A stretch of DNA of 64,000 nt from Fimicolochytrium jonesii (GCF_025526975.1 NW_026515668.1:1-64000), one strand, 5' to 3'; shown: positions 50,043-63,655, counted from the stretch's first letter. Translations and numbers: made by a program. The notes: generated by a model not told the origin, from the letters alone.

Positions 50043-53000
50043 TCAAGCAGTCTTGACGAAATCCAACAAACACAATCCATACTGAAACATGCCCTCAAGC
50101 GTGTTCCACGCATCCGTGTGCCGGCGGAGGAGGGTGTCGAGGCGGGGACATTCCAGGAGTTGTTTTGAGTGGACCTGTTGGATGGAATGCATCGTGTCAG
50201 TGAGTTGGGGGGTGTGAAAAACACTACGAATACAATCGAGGGCGTATCACAAGGACTGGCGAACATACCTTGACCAAAACGGCCAGCACACTCTCGACAG
50301 CCTCAAAATCCCTCCTCCGTTCCATCATCCACACCAACGCATCCACCATCCGTCCCAAATCGCCTCCCTCCTCCATCCCACCGCCCGCGGTATCCAACAA
50401 TCTCAGACTCAGATCCAACTGCGCCGGTCCCAGGTCCCTCAAATGGTTGGCAAAGTCGGTGAAATCGGCGTCGAGGTGGGACTGGCGGAGGAGGAGGAGG
50501 AACTCCGTGTCGGGGGTTTCGTGGAGGGTGAGCGGGGTGGTGAGGATGCGGGATTGGGTGGGGTTTGGTGGGGGGGTGGGGGTGGCGGTGAGAAGCTTCT
50601 TTTGGTCGCGGAGGGTGGGGAGGAAGAAGGGCGCGCGGTCGGCTTTGGGGGCTTCGGTTGGTTGGCTTCGTTTCTAGATGGGGAGATCGCTGGGGTTTAG
50701 TATATAAACGGGGGAATATCAACGACAGGTTATGGTAGACGCGTACCTTGAGAGCATCTAAACTCAGCAGATTCTGCCACTTGGACTTCGGCACGCCAGA
50801 CAGCACAATCAGCTGGTCATCCACCTCCTCGCCCGGTTGGAGACCCGCGTCTGCGGGCGGTGGTGGTGCCGGTCCATTCCCACCCTCCTCCTCCTCTTCT
50901 TCTTCTTCTTCCTCAACCTCCCCAGTCGTCGGCAACTCCAACACAACCTCATCCCCCTCCTCAACCCTCTGCGGCACAATCCCTCCAAAATTCACTTTAT
51001 TCGCCCACAAGAAGATCCCGACCTGGTCGGCATGCGCCGTCGCGATATAATCCCCGTTCGCCGACACCGCTACGCAGCGCGGCACGCTGCCCACGCGGGA
51101 GATATCCACACAGTGGCCGGTGGGCAGGTCCCACGTGCGGATGGTCGAGTCCGTGGATGTCGAGATGAGGTGGCGGCCGTCCGGGGAGAATGCCGTGTCG
51201 GTGATGGCGGACCGGTGGCCTGCAAACTCGCGGACGGTGCGGTGTGTGCTGACGTCGATGATGCGGAGGATGAAGTCGTCGGTGGTGACGCAGAGGAGGT
51301 TGGATTCGCGGTGCAGGTCGATCGAGGTTATTGGGAAAGGGAGGGCGATGGTGTGCAGGAGGGAGGCGGATTGGAAGGACCAGAACTATGTTCGAAATCC
51401 GCGTGAGTTCTGCGCCGTAGAGCGACTGCTTTTGCCTGAACGACAACAACACATACCTTGACCAGCCCATCAAGACCCGCTGTGATCACTAGCCGATTCA
51501 CCCTATCCGTCACAATCCCAATCACAGCCTTCGTGTGCCCTCCCCCAGACTGTCCATACGTCTTTCGGAGCAGCCCCGACTGCAAATTGTACCGGTCCAC
51601 ACCGCCCAGCGCCGACCCAACGAACCCGAAATTTCCGCAGGCGCTAATCGCAACAGACTAATAATGTAAAAGTTTCAACGTGAGCATCACCAATCTCGTC
51701 TAGGTTGAGCATGATGTTCCGTGTCTCACCTTCACAAGAGATCCGTCAGTGCAAGTAAACACCCGTTTGTCCAACGGTTTCCCGCCGTACGAGCAAATCC
51801 TCGCATTCAGATCCTTCACATGGGCCGTAATGATATTGACAGACTTATGCAACGTCTCCTCCGCTAGAAAAGAATATCCGCATCAGCTCGTCAATCAAAA
51901 TCACACAACCCAGCGCGCCAAATTCGCATATGTTTGACTTACAAATGGCAAATTGCGCCACAGGCGGTATCCTCGCATCCTCAGCCGCCCACCCCTTCAG
52001 CTTCTTATCAAACAACGGGATCTCCATGCAGTTTGCGTCACGCGCAATGTTGAAGACACGGATGGCCTGGTCGGCTCCCGCTGTGATGATCTGGTGCTGT
52101 TCGAGAGGGTGGTAGTGGATCCGCGTTGGTGGGGTCTGGTGTCCGCCGCGGTGGCGGAGGAGGCGGGGGTGGCCTTCTGCTGAGTCAAAGATCCATTGCT
52201 GTGGGAGATAGATTGAGGAAAGGGTGAGTTGGGCTTTTCCGTGAAGGTGGCGAACTGAGTATGCGGACTTACGCGAATGGCGTTATCGGCGCCGGCGGTG
52301 ATCAGGATCGGTTGTCCGGCGTAGTAGTGGGCAGTATGTATGGCCCCAGCATGTGCGCCGCTCGTCACGTTCAGCACTTGCTGTTTGCTGAGATCCCATA
52401 CCGTCAAATCCCCCGAGATGCTCGCAGTGACCATGTGTTGCTTCTCGTCTGCATACGCAAGTCAGTCGTTTTTTCCTTTCTCCAACCCTTGCTACCGATT
52501 TCTCGCGAGACCGATCCCTACCTGTGCGGAAGGAGATAGCGGTAACCTTCCCATCTTGCTTCAGCCTCATAATCTCCACGTCCGCGCGGATGTTGTGCAA
52601 TACTGTTGATCCGTCCAGCAATCCGATCGCCACGACATCAACCGCTGGTGCTTGTGTGAAGTATACGATCGGCGACTCCAGTGATGCAAACTCGTAGAGC
52701 ATTGTTCTGTCGTTCAGAGAGGTTGTGATTTAGCAAGTCGGACTGCAGCGGGGATCTTCAGATGACGACATACAAAGTGCGGATGTTCCATAGCTGCATC
52801 GTTCCCTGCTGACTCGCCAGCAGTACTTTGTTGAGGTATGTGCTGGGATGCAGCACGGCCGAGACACGGAAGGAATCCGGAAACGACAACTCGTTGTAGT
52901 ACTCTATAGAAATCGAGATTGAGTCTCCGTGTTTGAATGGCTACGAAACCCTTTATTCAAAGCCTTTGACAATACCTCCAGTAGAATGATCCCAGATTCG

Positions 53001-53638
53001 CAGCACGTTGTCATCACATAGTGCCAGTATCAGATTCCCAAAGACCAGCAGTGAGAAGATCTTGCACGCCGCGTTGGCCTCCCATCGCGCAATCTCCTTT
53101 CCACGCTCCGCCACAGATATCACGTTGGAGCACGCCGAGAAGATCCTGTCCTTGAACGCAGCGACGGCAGTGACCGGTCCGGCATTTTGCGGACCTATGT
53201 TGACATTACCCCCCACACCGTCAGTCCAGACCGCCTCCAATTTGTTCTCCCTCTACGGTATCGCCGACAAACCTGTGAACAGGAGCTTCAATTTCTCTCC
53301 CTGTACCCAAGAAAGACTTTAGTGTGTGGTCGGCCGCTCATAAAGCGTAAATGAGACACTCACATCATAGATATGGAACGAGTTCCCGACAGACGCCGTC
53401 AAAGCATGGACGTTCCCACGGGCCTGTACGTTCAGCGGGACGTCGGCACAGACGTAGCCAATTGCCCGAAAAGGTTGGTACAGTGCCGAGGCTGGAGGGG
53501 GAACGCAAACCGGTTTCAGTCGGGCCGATGAACTCAGCGGTCAAGCCTCCCACCCATGATCCAGCCAGCAGCTTCAAAGGAAGCGGTACCTTTCGTCCTT
53601 TTGGACGGTTGCCGTCCCGAGAGTGTCCCTGAGGGCAT
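50043..53638 (-). CDS. UTP21: U3 snoRNP WD40 protein UTP21/WDR36, multi-exon
   Basis: LYQPFRAIGY..SVGNSFHIYD; HPSTYLNKV; QAPAVDVVAIGLLDG; YNLQSGLLRK; PKSKWQNLLSLD; APFFLPTL; LGPAQLDLSLR. Confidence 0.92.
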
Positions 53639-54575
53639 TGTGCGCACAAACTCTGTAGAAATTGGAGGGGTTGGGATACGTTTTGAGCGGGCAAGTTTCT
53701 TCCGACACAAGGAGCCCCACAGAGCGTAGAGGGGAGCATACCTTCTGTAGTGACGAAACAAAGTGCCGATAACACCTCCTACTCCTCCCTGAGCGCTTTG
53801 CAGTTGTCAACAGGGGCCAATGTCAAAAGGTCGAGGAACCGACTGAGAAGTTGGCACAGCGTGAACTGGAAGTTTAATAACGTGAAGGCCTGCGCGCACG
53901 TGATGCCTCTCCCAATTCAATTAGGTTGCCTCTTCTAGACCTCCCGTCAAAAACGACCCCGTCAAAAACTGATCCCTCCCACGATAGATGAGGGCCCACC
54001 GCATAGGTTTTCTCCGTAGCCTGAGACTCCGATACACCCTGTTAGATGGATTGAGTGCCGACCCCGGAACACTTCCACCCGCACAAATGGACTGATGTGC
54101 AGGAAATCTTTCCAAAGACAATCCAGCGATTCTCATCGATCTCATCACCACCAAATCCTTGCTCAACAACTCAGGAACACTCACACACTGAATACTCTCA
54201 GTTCTCATACATTACGATGACTCTAATAACGTGATGGGGTCTTAAGTGAGGTGAGGTGGTGGGGTGGGGAGTATACGAAAAAAAGAAGAGGGTGGTCCAC
54301 CACAAAGTGTTCGCGCGTTGACATCAAGTCAAAGGGGGCAAGAAGGTAAAATTGTAAAGAATACAGTTGCGTGAGGGGGAATATTGCGTGGTGGTGTGTG
54401 TCCGAAGGGATGAGGGAAACAAGGTGAACGCTAGCTGAAATGTTGTGTTGTCGGTCGTTAAAAAAAAAAGTCTCATAGAAGCGTGCGAAACAAAGAGCGG
54501 AAGTGTCCCAGTTCTAGCAATGCGCCAATCTTCCCCCATCTCTCTTCGTATGTCGATGGTTGCCCAAAGGGTACT

Positions 54576-57500
54576 CTACATCCCGACCCGTCCCAATCCC
54601 TCACACCCCTCAATGACCTCATTATAAAGCCTCTTGAACTCCCACACGTCGCCTCTTGCACGCTTGAACTCGACCACAAACAGCCCAGGGAGATTCTTGA
54701 TGCGCTGCACTTCCACCGTGAACCGCACCTCGCCGATGGCTGCGGGGGGTTGTTGGGGTGGGAAGTGGGGGTGGGCCGGGGCGTTGTTTGGTGTGCTGGT
54801 GTAGTGGGAGGCGTGGGAGGTGACTGAGGAGTTGTTGCCGTGCAAGTAGAAGCCGTTGCCGGTCCCCTGCGCGGGGTTGGGGTTGTGGTGATGGTTTTGA
54901 TGTTGAGAGGTTGCGCGTGTGGCATTACTCGATACGAAACTCTCGCGGGAGCCGTTGATGGACACGCCCGATGCGTTCAGATGCGCCATATAGGGGTGAT
55001 GGCCATTGGACACCGGCGACCCGTAGTTTGTATTGGTAGTGGACGTGGATGCGAATGTGGCAGTCGAGGTTTGCGCGGCCGGATTGCTATAGTACATAGC
55101 TGCCACGTCGGCCTTGTTAAAGCCCTTATTGTATCCGGGTCCGTATCGCGCCATATTCTTCAACTTTTTCACGAGACTGATTGGAAGTGAAGCCAGCATT
55201 TGGCCGAGGCCCCGGTGATGGTGATGGTCCAATTGTGGGGTATGAGAGTGTGCAGCCGAGTTCGTCGTCGGTGATTGAGCAGCACTGGCCGGCGGGGAAG
55301 GTAACGGCCCATGCGAATGGTGCGGGGAGCCCGGCGAAGCGGAAGGTATAATGCCCGACTGATGCTGGTCAACGACAGGGGAGGCCTGCTCCCACTGTCT
55401 GGCTTGCGCGACGAGGGCCTGCTGATGCGCTTGCCGCTGTTGCATGGCCAACTCCGAGGTCCGTACGACCCTCATCTTCACTCCATCCGATTTCACCACC
55501 GTCATGCCCAGCCCTTCAATCACCGACCTGACGTCGGCCATGATTCCAAGCGGATTCTTCGACCCGAGTGCGCGTTGATCGATCGGACCCGAGTGGTATC
55601 GGAGTTTCACTTTAACGGCCGGCCCACCATTCGTCTGTGGCGCCATAACCCAGTCACTCGCAACCGAATGCACGCTCGCCGCATTCGTCGAAGTCCTCGG
55701 CAGCGGCAAGGTCGAATCATTCCCATCAGCAATAAACGACGAATGAGGCCGTTGCCTATTCACCACATCAGTCGGCGCCGCAAAACTCGCCCTCGGCACA
55801 TTCTCCTCATTCTGAATCCTTGTGACCCCCGTACTCGTATTACCGCGTTTCATCCAACCAAACAACTGCTTACGCGACGAATTCAGTGTGTCCGACCTCC
55901 TCACATCAAAGCTCTTCCGAGCATAGGGCGCCGTATTTCGCGGCTGTGTCGAAAATCCAGCACCCGCAGCTGCGTTGGTATCTTGCTGTTCATTTCTAGC
56001 AAACGCCACGTGGGTGGTCGGGTCACGCTGGGAGTAGGCTCGGACCAGGTTGGGTGTGCTCTGCGCCGCGACGGAGGTGGGGACGCCGTAGATCGCGATC
56101 TCGTTGCTGGTCGATGGCGGCTCTGATCTTGAGGATGGGGACGGGAGTGGTTTTTGTAGATTGAGTGGGGGTTGTTGTTGTTGGCTGCGCTCTGTGCTGG
56201 TTGATTGATGCTCCCGTTCGATGATAGGCGTTGAAATAGGTGAAGTCTGTGCTTCTTTAGTTCTGGGGCGTGTGTCGAGTTCTGTCTGACTGCCTTCATC
56301 ACGAACGGTGCGGATTGGTGGGAGAACAGGTGGGGCCGGTTGTTGTGGAGCTGGCGGCTGTGCCAGCCGCTTGGAAGCGGGTGGTGGCGATAACCGGTGA
56401 CTAGGGAACAACGGCAGGTTTTGCTTCCTGGCCTCGTCCTCAATCCGCAAGCGAAGGAGGCCGTCGTCCCCACCGAGCATCCACGAATGAATCTTGATCC
56501 AGTACTCCATTTGCCAAGCCTCGATTTCCTTGCCTAGCATCTCCCTCGGCATCAAAGCCCTGACTTCTTCAACCGGGGTCTCGGCCTTCAGTTTCTCAGA
56601 CGGCGGCGCATCCTTGACCGTCTTTCTGCGCAGGAAGTCGACCCCGTTTTCGTCGATCGGCGCGCGGTCGGCAAGCCACTCGTTCATGAGTGTATCCAGA
56701 TACGCAGACATGAATTTGTCCTTGCCCCAAGTGTCCCTCCAGAGCCGCCACTCCTCAAGTGCTGGGGCCTCCGTAAGTAGCGACTTCGGATTAACCACGG
56801 CGACGTGGTATTTTGCATACCAAAGCTTGTGAGCGAGAAGCTCAATCTGCAGGTCATCGAGTTCGTCGAAAAGTGTCGGCTGATCGGCCAGGAACATTTC
56901 TTTCAGCTTGAGCGTCTCAGACGCGTACCATGGGTCGTTGATGCGGTTCTTGACCCACAACGCGTACTCATCAGCAGACAACTGTGCTTGAGCGTACTCG
57001 AGATTAGGATGAGCGACAGGCGAGTGAGGAGCGACCGCCAGCGGACCGCCCATGGGCACGGTTAAGGGTTCGGCGTTTAGGGCCACGTCGCTGCGATGTT
57101 CCGCTGAGCTGTACGTACTGTCGCGGCTTTGAGACGAAGTGAAGGCTGGCACGGCTGAGTCGGATGCATCGACGTCCATATGGTCTTCGTCGTGCGTGTC
57201 CGTGTCGGGGACGATGGTGTGCGAGATATCCATCGCCCCGACATCCGCCTCGTCGAGTTCTTGTGGCATGCTGTCTTCGGTGTCGAGGTCGGTGATATTG
57301 GATACCGTGGTGGTTCGGCTGACCCCGGCTGAACCCATCAGCTCCATCTGTTCATCATGGAAGTAGTGCTTGTACGGTTCAAGGAACGGGTGATCCATTA
57401 TCTCAGGCATTCGGGCGCGGCGGCTCGGGTCAATCACAATCATTTTGCTCATCAAGTCGGCTGCTTCGAATGACAAGTGGTCAGGGAACTTCAGCTTAGT

Positions 57501-58757
57501 TCCGGTGATGTAAGTGTATAACAGATTGATGTCGTTCCCGTCCGGGTTCGTCGGGTCATCGTCGTACGGGAGAAAGCCGCAGAGCATCGCATGGAGGATA
57601 ACACCACAGGACCAGATGTCGGCGGCCTCACCCATGTATCCGTGGCCGAGGACAAGTTCAGGTGCCGCGTAACAGGGTGATCCACATGAGGTCAAGAGCA
57701 ATTTAGACTCGTCGGGCTTTTCCGCTTGCATTCGATTGGCGAACCCGAAATCGGTAATGAGAACGTTTCGATTTCCGTCCAAAAGGAGGTTTTCGAGTTT
57801 AAGGTCACGGTGAACGATCTTCCGATTGTGTAGATAAGCAACACCGGAGAGTAGCTGGCACATGAATTTACAAGCCTCGGGTTCCTTGAGTTGGCGACGG
57901 GTCAGGACGTACTCGAACATTTCGCCGCCGGAGGCATACTCCATGACCATTCCAATATACTCTCGCGTCTCTACGACCTCTTCAACTGCGACGATGTATG
58001 GATGACTAACAGTCTGTGCGTACGGAAGAGATGAGAAGGGAATCGTGAGCATATTTGCCTTCATATGTGGCAGCAGCTTGTCAACGAATTGCTTCCTTAC
58101 CTGGAAGATTGAGATCTCGCGCATAACTTTCGCCCGCTTGGTAGTCTGCTGGTCAAGGCTATCCTTTTTCATGAGCTTGATGGCGAATGACTTCCCCGTA
58201 TCCAGATGGATAGCCAGCTTGACTTTGCCAAATTCCCCTTCTCCAAGGGTTCGCTGTAAGAGGTATGGCCCGAATGTGGAAGTGTATCTTCGACTGCCAG
58301 AGCCAGCAGCGACTTGACGGCCAGGGCTTGGCGAGGTGGGCACTGAAGACGAAGACCGACGGGAATCCCTTGGCGATGCAGCGGACGATGCTCCTGAAGT
58401 CGGACGAGAGTTGCTTTGACGAGATGCGCCGGACGACGTGCGCTGCCGACCGGGTCGGTCCATGCTGGGGACGGTCAATTCACTAGAGTGATCGTCTTGG
58501 ACCGATGGAGACGCCCTTGTCGAGCTGTATCTTGACGTATTGCTCTGTTCGTTGGATTGAGAACCACCTGACGGTGGGCGCGATCGAGACGGTGTGCGCA
58601 CATCCCCCTCCTGCTGAGCCCAGAATCGCTCGGTTGCGCGAACGAATCCAGCATCGAGGTGGCGGGGATGGGTTGTGTAAGATTGGTCCGAGGATGCATT
58701 GGAAGTCGTGCGCGAACGCCGACTAGAGTCGCTGGAATAGTGAGCCGGAGATGGCAT
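54576..58757 (-). CDS. KIN4: Ser/Thr protein kinase, KIN4/Frk1/Ppk1-like, with C-terminal KA1 domain (intron ~58013-58101)
   Basis: LGEGEFGKVKL, HRDLKLEN, DFG and TSCGSPCYAAPE; subfamily insert DDDPTNPDGNDINLLY; KA1 FTVEVQRIKNLPGLFVVEFKRARGDVWEFKRLY. Confidence 0.88.
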   Translation of the reverse strand: MPSPAHYSSDSSRRSRTTSNASSDQSYTTHPRHLDAGFVRATERFWAQQEGDVRTPSRSRPPSGGSQSNEQSNTSRYSSTRASPSVQDDHSSELTVPSMDRPGRQRTSSGASRQSNSRPTSGASSAASPRDSRRSSSSVPTSPSPGRQVAAGSGSRRYTSTFGPYLLQRTLGEGEFGKVKLAIHLDTGKSFAIKLMKKDSLDQQTTKRAKVMREISIFQVRKQFVDKLLPHMKANMLTIPFSSLPYAQTVSHPYIVAVEEVVETREYIGMVMEYASGGEMFEYVLTRRQLKEPEACKFMCQLLSGVAYLHNRKIVHRDLKLENLLLDGNRNVLITDFGFANRMQAEKPDESKLLLTSCGSPCYAAPELVLGHGYMGEAADIWSCGVILHAMLCGFLPYDDDPTNPDGNDINLLYTYITGTKLKFPDHLSFEAADLMSKMIVIDPSRRARMPEIMDHPFLEPYKHYFHDEQMELMGSAGVSRTTTVSNITDLDTEDSMPQELDEADVGAMDISHTIVPDTDTHDEDHMDVDASDSAVPAFTSSQSRDSTYSSAEHRSDVALNAEPLTVPMGGPLAVAPHSPVAHPNLEYAQAQLSADEYALWVKNRINDPWYASETLKLKEMFLADQPTLFDELDDLQIELLAHKLWYAKYHVAVVNPKSLLTEAPALEEWRLWRDTWGKDKFMSAYLDTLMNEWLADRAPIDENGVDFLRRKTVKDAPPSEKLKAETPVEEVRALMPREMLGKEIEAWQMEYWIKIHSWMLGGDDGLLRLRIEDEARKQNLPLFPSHRLSPPPASKRLAQPPAPQQPAPPVLPPIRTVRDEGSQTELDTRPRTKEAQTSPISTPIIEREHQSTSTERSQQQQPPLNLQKPLPSPSSRSEPPSTSNEIAIYGVPTSVAAQSTPNLVRAYSQRDPTTHVAFARNEQQDTNAAAGAGFSTQPRNTAPYARKSFDVRRSDTLNSSRKQLFGWMKRGNTSTGVTRIQNEENVPRASFAAPTDVVNRQRPHSSFIADGNDSTLPLPRTSTNAASVHSVASDWVMAPQTNGGPAVKVKLRYHSGPIDQRALGSKNPLGIMADVRSVIEGLGMTVVKSDGVKMRVVRTSELAMQQRQAHQQALVAQARQWEQASPVVDQHQSGIIPSASPGSPHHSHGPLPSPPASAAQSPTTNSAAHSHTPQLDHHHHRGLGQMLASLPISLVKKLKNMARYGPGYNKGFNKADVAAMYYSNPAAQTSTATFASTSTTNTNYGSPVSNGHHPYMAHLNASGVSINGSRESFVSSNATRATSQHQNHHHNPNPAQGTGNGFYLHGNNSSVTSHASHYTSTPNNAPAHPHFPPQQPPAAIGEVRFTVEVQRIKNLPGLFVVEFKRARGDVWEFKRLYNEVIEGCEGLGRVGM

Positions 58758-61700
58758 TATGGCCGAGATTATTTTCTTGCGAATTCAGCTATACCACGCT
58801 TCTAAAAGGATTTGTATCAGTAACAGCTCCAATTTCAGGCATCCACCCGCTCAGATGCGGATGGTGTGTTTTCAAAATCTCCGAGCCTTCATCGCAGCCA
58901 GCCAGCAAAACTCACCGATGAGGATTCCCCACAGGGCACCGTGATGCTCCCGAGTGCAAGAGGGGCTCCCGTTTTCGAAACGAGGAACACAAAAAACTAT
59001 GGGGTATCGAAGTATTAATCCACTCGACGGACGACCTGGTCTGCCGGTCCGGGATCGAAGGAAGCAGAATCGATGCTCTTTTCGTTGATTTGATGTCGGG
59101 ATGACTATGAGCTCGGTGGGTCTACTTGTTGGGAATGATAATCTAGCAGATATATCGTCGTTATCCTCTATTTCCAAACCCTAGACGAGTTCGTCTCTAG
59201 ATGAGAAAGTTGAAGAAAATCCAAGTACGCCGGCCGACCGAAGCGGAGTTTTGTATGCCCCAAAAACTACTGTCGACGGGATGCGTGTGGCTTGTTTGCC
59301 CCTATTCCTGCGTCCTCTCCTCCAATGCCCGGTGCCCGGATTTTTCCCCGTCCGTAAGCGAGCTGGGTCCACCAACAAGCTCAGAGTTGAGCTTAAATGT
59401 GTGGAATGCCTTGTGTAAGGCTTCGAAAAACGACGGGATTCGAAGCTGCCTCCTGGTCGTTCGCTCCTCCGGTCAGGTCTAGAAGCAGAAGGGAGAGATG
59501 CTTCTAGGCCACCAGTGTATGGACAAGAGGTGGTCTGTGGTTAGGTAGTATGAACCGAGAGCCTTGTATGCACTAGGGTGTTGGATTGTCAAAATGTCTG
59601 CTATAGCCGCTGCCTGTGGGAATGGTCTGCAGGTGGGCTTGTCGGCGGCGAGAGTCGACTAGTAGCGTATGTTCCTCTGCGTTTCCCGTACAGTCCAACG
59701 TCAGCTCAAGCAAGCGAGCGAGCGGACGCTTGTAGATGCTTGCTGCGAAGGAGAGGCCCGTGGGATAGTATAGTGGGCCTAGGGAATGAGTTCTGGGGGC
59801 GGCTGGGCCGACGAACCGCAAAAGCTCTCGCATAGGACTGTATGTACGGTAGCAGGCAGGAACCTCATTCCAGAACGGCCGCATAGGTCATGACTTAAGG
59901 CCTTAGCATATGCACAAGTGACTTAACGGGCCTTCCCTTATTGGTGCATTGTGAAATGAATATGCAGCAACAACCACAACTCTCTCTCAGGAGGCCCAAG
60001 CCGGAAATCATCACGCTGATCAGGCAATTGCAATACGGGAGGCGCCGTCTCATAGCAGGCAGGCAGTCAGTCCGTTGGGCGTCGGGTCTCCCATACAAAA
60101 AACATTATTTATTTGATTCCACACACGCCCAAAGCACGCACAGAAACAATTTGTGCCCCGGAAATCCCTCGGGCGTGGCTCTCCTCCTACCGTGTACTGT
60201 AGCTGCCACTGCACGTACGTATACCCCCGGTTCGCATCCGCAAGAGGCATCCCCATGCCAGCCGCTCGACCTGGATGACCTCCCAGTGCTCGCTCGCATC
60301 GCGCAGATTCATCAGGTACTTGCGCATCGCAGGGATATGCGAGATCCCAATCCCTCTCATCATCTGGTCTCGTCGGATACCCTCCCACACAAAAGACGGC
60401 TTACCCAAAAGCACCGCCATCTTGACTCGCTCCTCGCGCACAGTCTCGACTCCTCCTCACAAATAATAAATATCCCGGAATGAGAAGGTCCTGGCGCGAA
60501 ACGATGGCCATATGCGTTGGGAACTTGGTTCACGTTGCAGGAGGACGCGGTGAAATGACCTCGCCGTCGGGACGCCGTGAGCCAGAGGCATGGTTTTCGG
60601 AGGGGTTGGTATTTCAATTTTTCGCTTTGAAATTACGACACGGTTCTGACTTTTTCTCGTGTGAGGTGAGTTGTCGCCTCACGAAGAAAAGGTTGGCGTC
60701 GGCGCTTCGAAAAGTTCACCTATTTTCGCCTGCGCTTCGCCTCGAAACTCATGACGAGGCCACATGCCTGCCTGCCAGTGAGTACGAGATGGTCTGCTCG
60801 TCTGACGCTGTTTTAAAATTCTCCATGTTCTCTTATTCATGTCAAAGCGCAACCCATCCCACTGCGAAGATGGATATCTCGGTAAAAGGTGCCATTCCCA
60901 AGGTTCTGGCTCGCGGGCTCTGTCAACGTTACAGATCCATTCGACAGTATTCGAAGCAATACACTTATTGTATGTATGTGTGTAAGTCCCTTCACCGACT
61001 TCCTGGGAACGAGGAAAGAAATAAATTTGTTTGGAGTTGTACAGAATGCTGTCAGTCTTGGGCGGAGATTGGAGCCTGTCATTTTCTCCGTGGAAAGCCA
61101 CCCCGCGGTATGAAAAATGTGCTGCACGCCGCGGTGGATATGGCGGATATGTCTGTGACGTGAGGTTTTTCGAGGACTATCCTTTGCGTGACATATTCAG
61201 TGACATATTCAGTCGCATTTTGGCTCCATCTGATTCGGCCACCTGCATTCCGCTGCGTACTGCCGGACATGTGGTGCCAGATTCCGCGGGAGGTATTTGG
61301 CTGACTTTCCTTTCTAATTCCAAATCAATGTCGTGGTCTTCGAGTCAGAGAAGAAAACGTACGGTAAGGTCCAGCTGACAGTAGAGCGAAATCAAGCAAC
61401 CGGCACCGCTCAAAAACACCCTCGGCCGTCCAAAGAAGTACACAGCGGAGGATGTGGCCACAGTCCATAAGGCTGTAACGCAGAACATCGGAGCCAGTGT
61501 AGTCCAAGATCCAAAAGATCATCGAGACTGATGGTGCCCCAAAATACCCTATCGCCGCCTTGCGCTGTCTCATTTACCAAGCTGAAGCTGGTCAAGACAC
61601 GGCGGCCCCAAAACCTCTTTTGGATGAACAGAGCCCGTCTACGATGTGGAGGAGCGAGACGCTAGTTCGTACGCAGAGCCTTTTTCCCCTACTGCGGCTC

Positions 61701-63655
61701 CGAGACCCGCCGCCGGAGCAAGCGCCGTCCAACAATTTATGTTTGCATCGTGCCGTTTGAAGTGAACGAGGATGCCGTCCGAGTGAAATTTGCGGCCTAC
61801 GGTGTCATTACCAGCTGTCATGTGCCGAGGGACAAGACAACTAGCAACCTCAGAGGATGTGAGCGCCACTAGGGCTCTTACCGTAAATGGGTTTACTGTG
61901 GAACGGTCGCTACATGTATGGCCAGTGTTCCGGAGTTTGACCCCGTTCCAGAGTTCTTACCTGTGGTCTCTCAAGTTCTGTGCAATGGAATCGCAAGCCG
62001 CCCCCGGCGTCGTCGGAAGTCCCAGTCGGAGGACACCGAAGCACGACGTGGTTGTTCGCAGGGAACATATTCCATAGCGTCACCCGCGATAGGGTCGAAC
62101 GGCGCTTCAGCGACTTCGGCAGAGGGGTCTCGGTGGACTTGACGATGGCGGGTGGGACTGGCGAAGGAGGGGATGAATTCCCATGGAGTAGCGCTGTAGG
62201 TGCATCCATGTAACATATTTTCCCGTTGTCATTTAATAACGTTTCCCGCATCCAGCCTGGTCTGCCGCTTACGGCATATCACCGGCTCCTCAGTCGACTC
62301 CTGTGGATGACGGCGCCATTCCCGGCATTGAAGACACCGTCTTTTGATGTCGACAGGTGAACCACCCGATCCCAAAGGTCACTTCTGACGTGCTTGCGCT
62401 GTTCAAAAGCGTACCAGCCACGTATCTCTCGGATATTTTCAAACATACCCCCGTCCGCAACTGGATCTGATAAAACACAGAGCACCGCATCCTCGTCCAT
62501 GTTCATGTTCATGTCCAGCTCCATCCCATCCTTCTTGCTGCTCGCTACCCAGCGGTGATCCCGGCCGGGAAGGCATGGTCGTTATCTCTATTTGAAGGGT
62601 CCGCCGAGCGTGCTCCACTCGCATCGTTTTGCAATCTTTGGGTCAGTTGCGTACCGATATGCTTCCCATTGCGTCCCTGACCGTCGCGGTAGATGGAACT
62701 ATACAATACACCGGCAGACAATACTCGAGTTGTACGGCTCAATCTGATTGAAGCGAAGTGCTAGGACGAGGCGATTGTTTGACTAGAGGGACTGTGTTGC
62801 TCTTGCTTCGTTTGTCGGCAATCCAACACTGTTCCCGAGTCCCTCAAAGGGTATGGCGTCCCGCTCTTCTCTTCCCTGTCAGCTAAATTTACCCGGAACC
62901 AGAATTGAGCAGAACTGAGCATCATGCCCTATACGATACAAGGACGTAACGGGGTTCGCTTTTGCGACCTCTACCGGGTAGATGACGCAGGCAACACGGA
63001 GGCAACGCCGGGAATCTTCTTTGACTGCTCCCAAAGCACTCCCCATGTGTCAGGCGAACCAACATCAAGGCTAATCAGCCAGTCCATGCCGAGACAGCAC
63101 CCACCTACGGCCTGCCTCCAATGTTCAGCCAACCAAACCAACTCAATGTCAACCATCCTGCTTCACAACATCTGATTTCACGATTTTTTCCTCTCCATGC
63201 TGCGCGCCATTTGCACGCCGGTCTCCCTTCCCACACCACCAGACCCCACCGCCGTCTTGAGCCGCTCTCCGTCTCCACGCGGCTCTCCCAATGACTTCCA
63301 GACATGCAGAGTCAAAGCGGGCGGTCAAATGTGAACCCGTTGTTGGAAAACTGCCGGTAGGAGGTGTTACAATTCTGCTCGCAGGGGAAATCGACAGCGG
63401 CGGAGGAAAAATCACGGCGGCGTGACGGAGACGATTGAGAAAAAAAAGGGGAAAGACGCGGTCACGTGGTCCGCGGTTTCTTTCACGCCGAAAAGGAAAA
63501 GGACATCCCATAATTGCCCCACTCACCCCTTGGTGTGTGCTCGATTGTCGTTTGGGGTCAATAGAGAACGGTTGCAATCCTTCTGTTGGCGAGGCCGGAA
63601 CAGACAGGAAAACGCCATCAGCAAACCGGCAAACGTACCAGGGCAAACATCCGCC

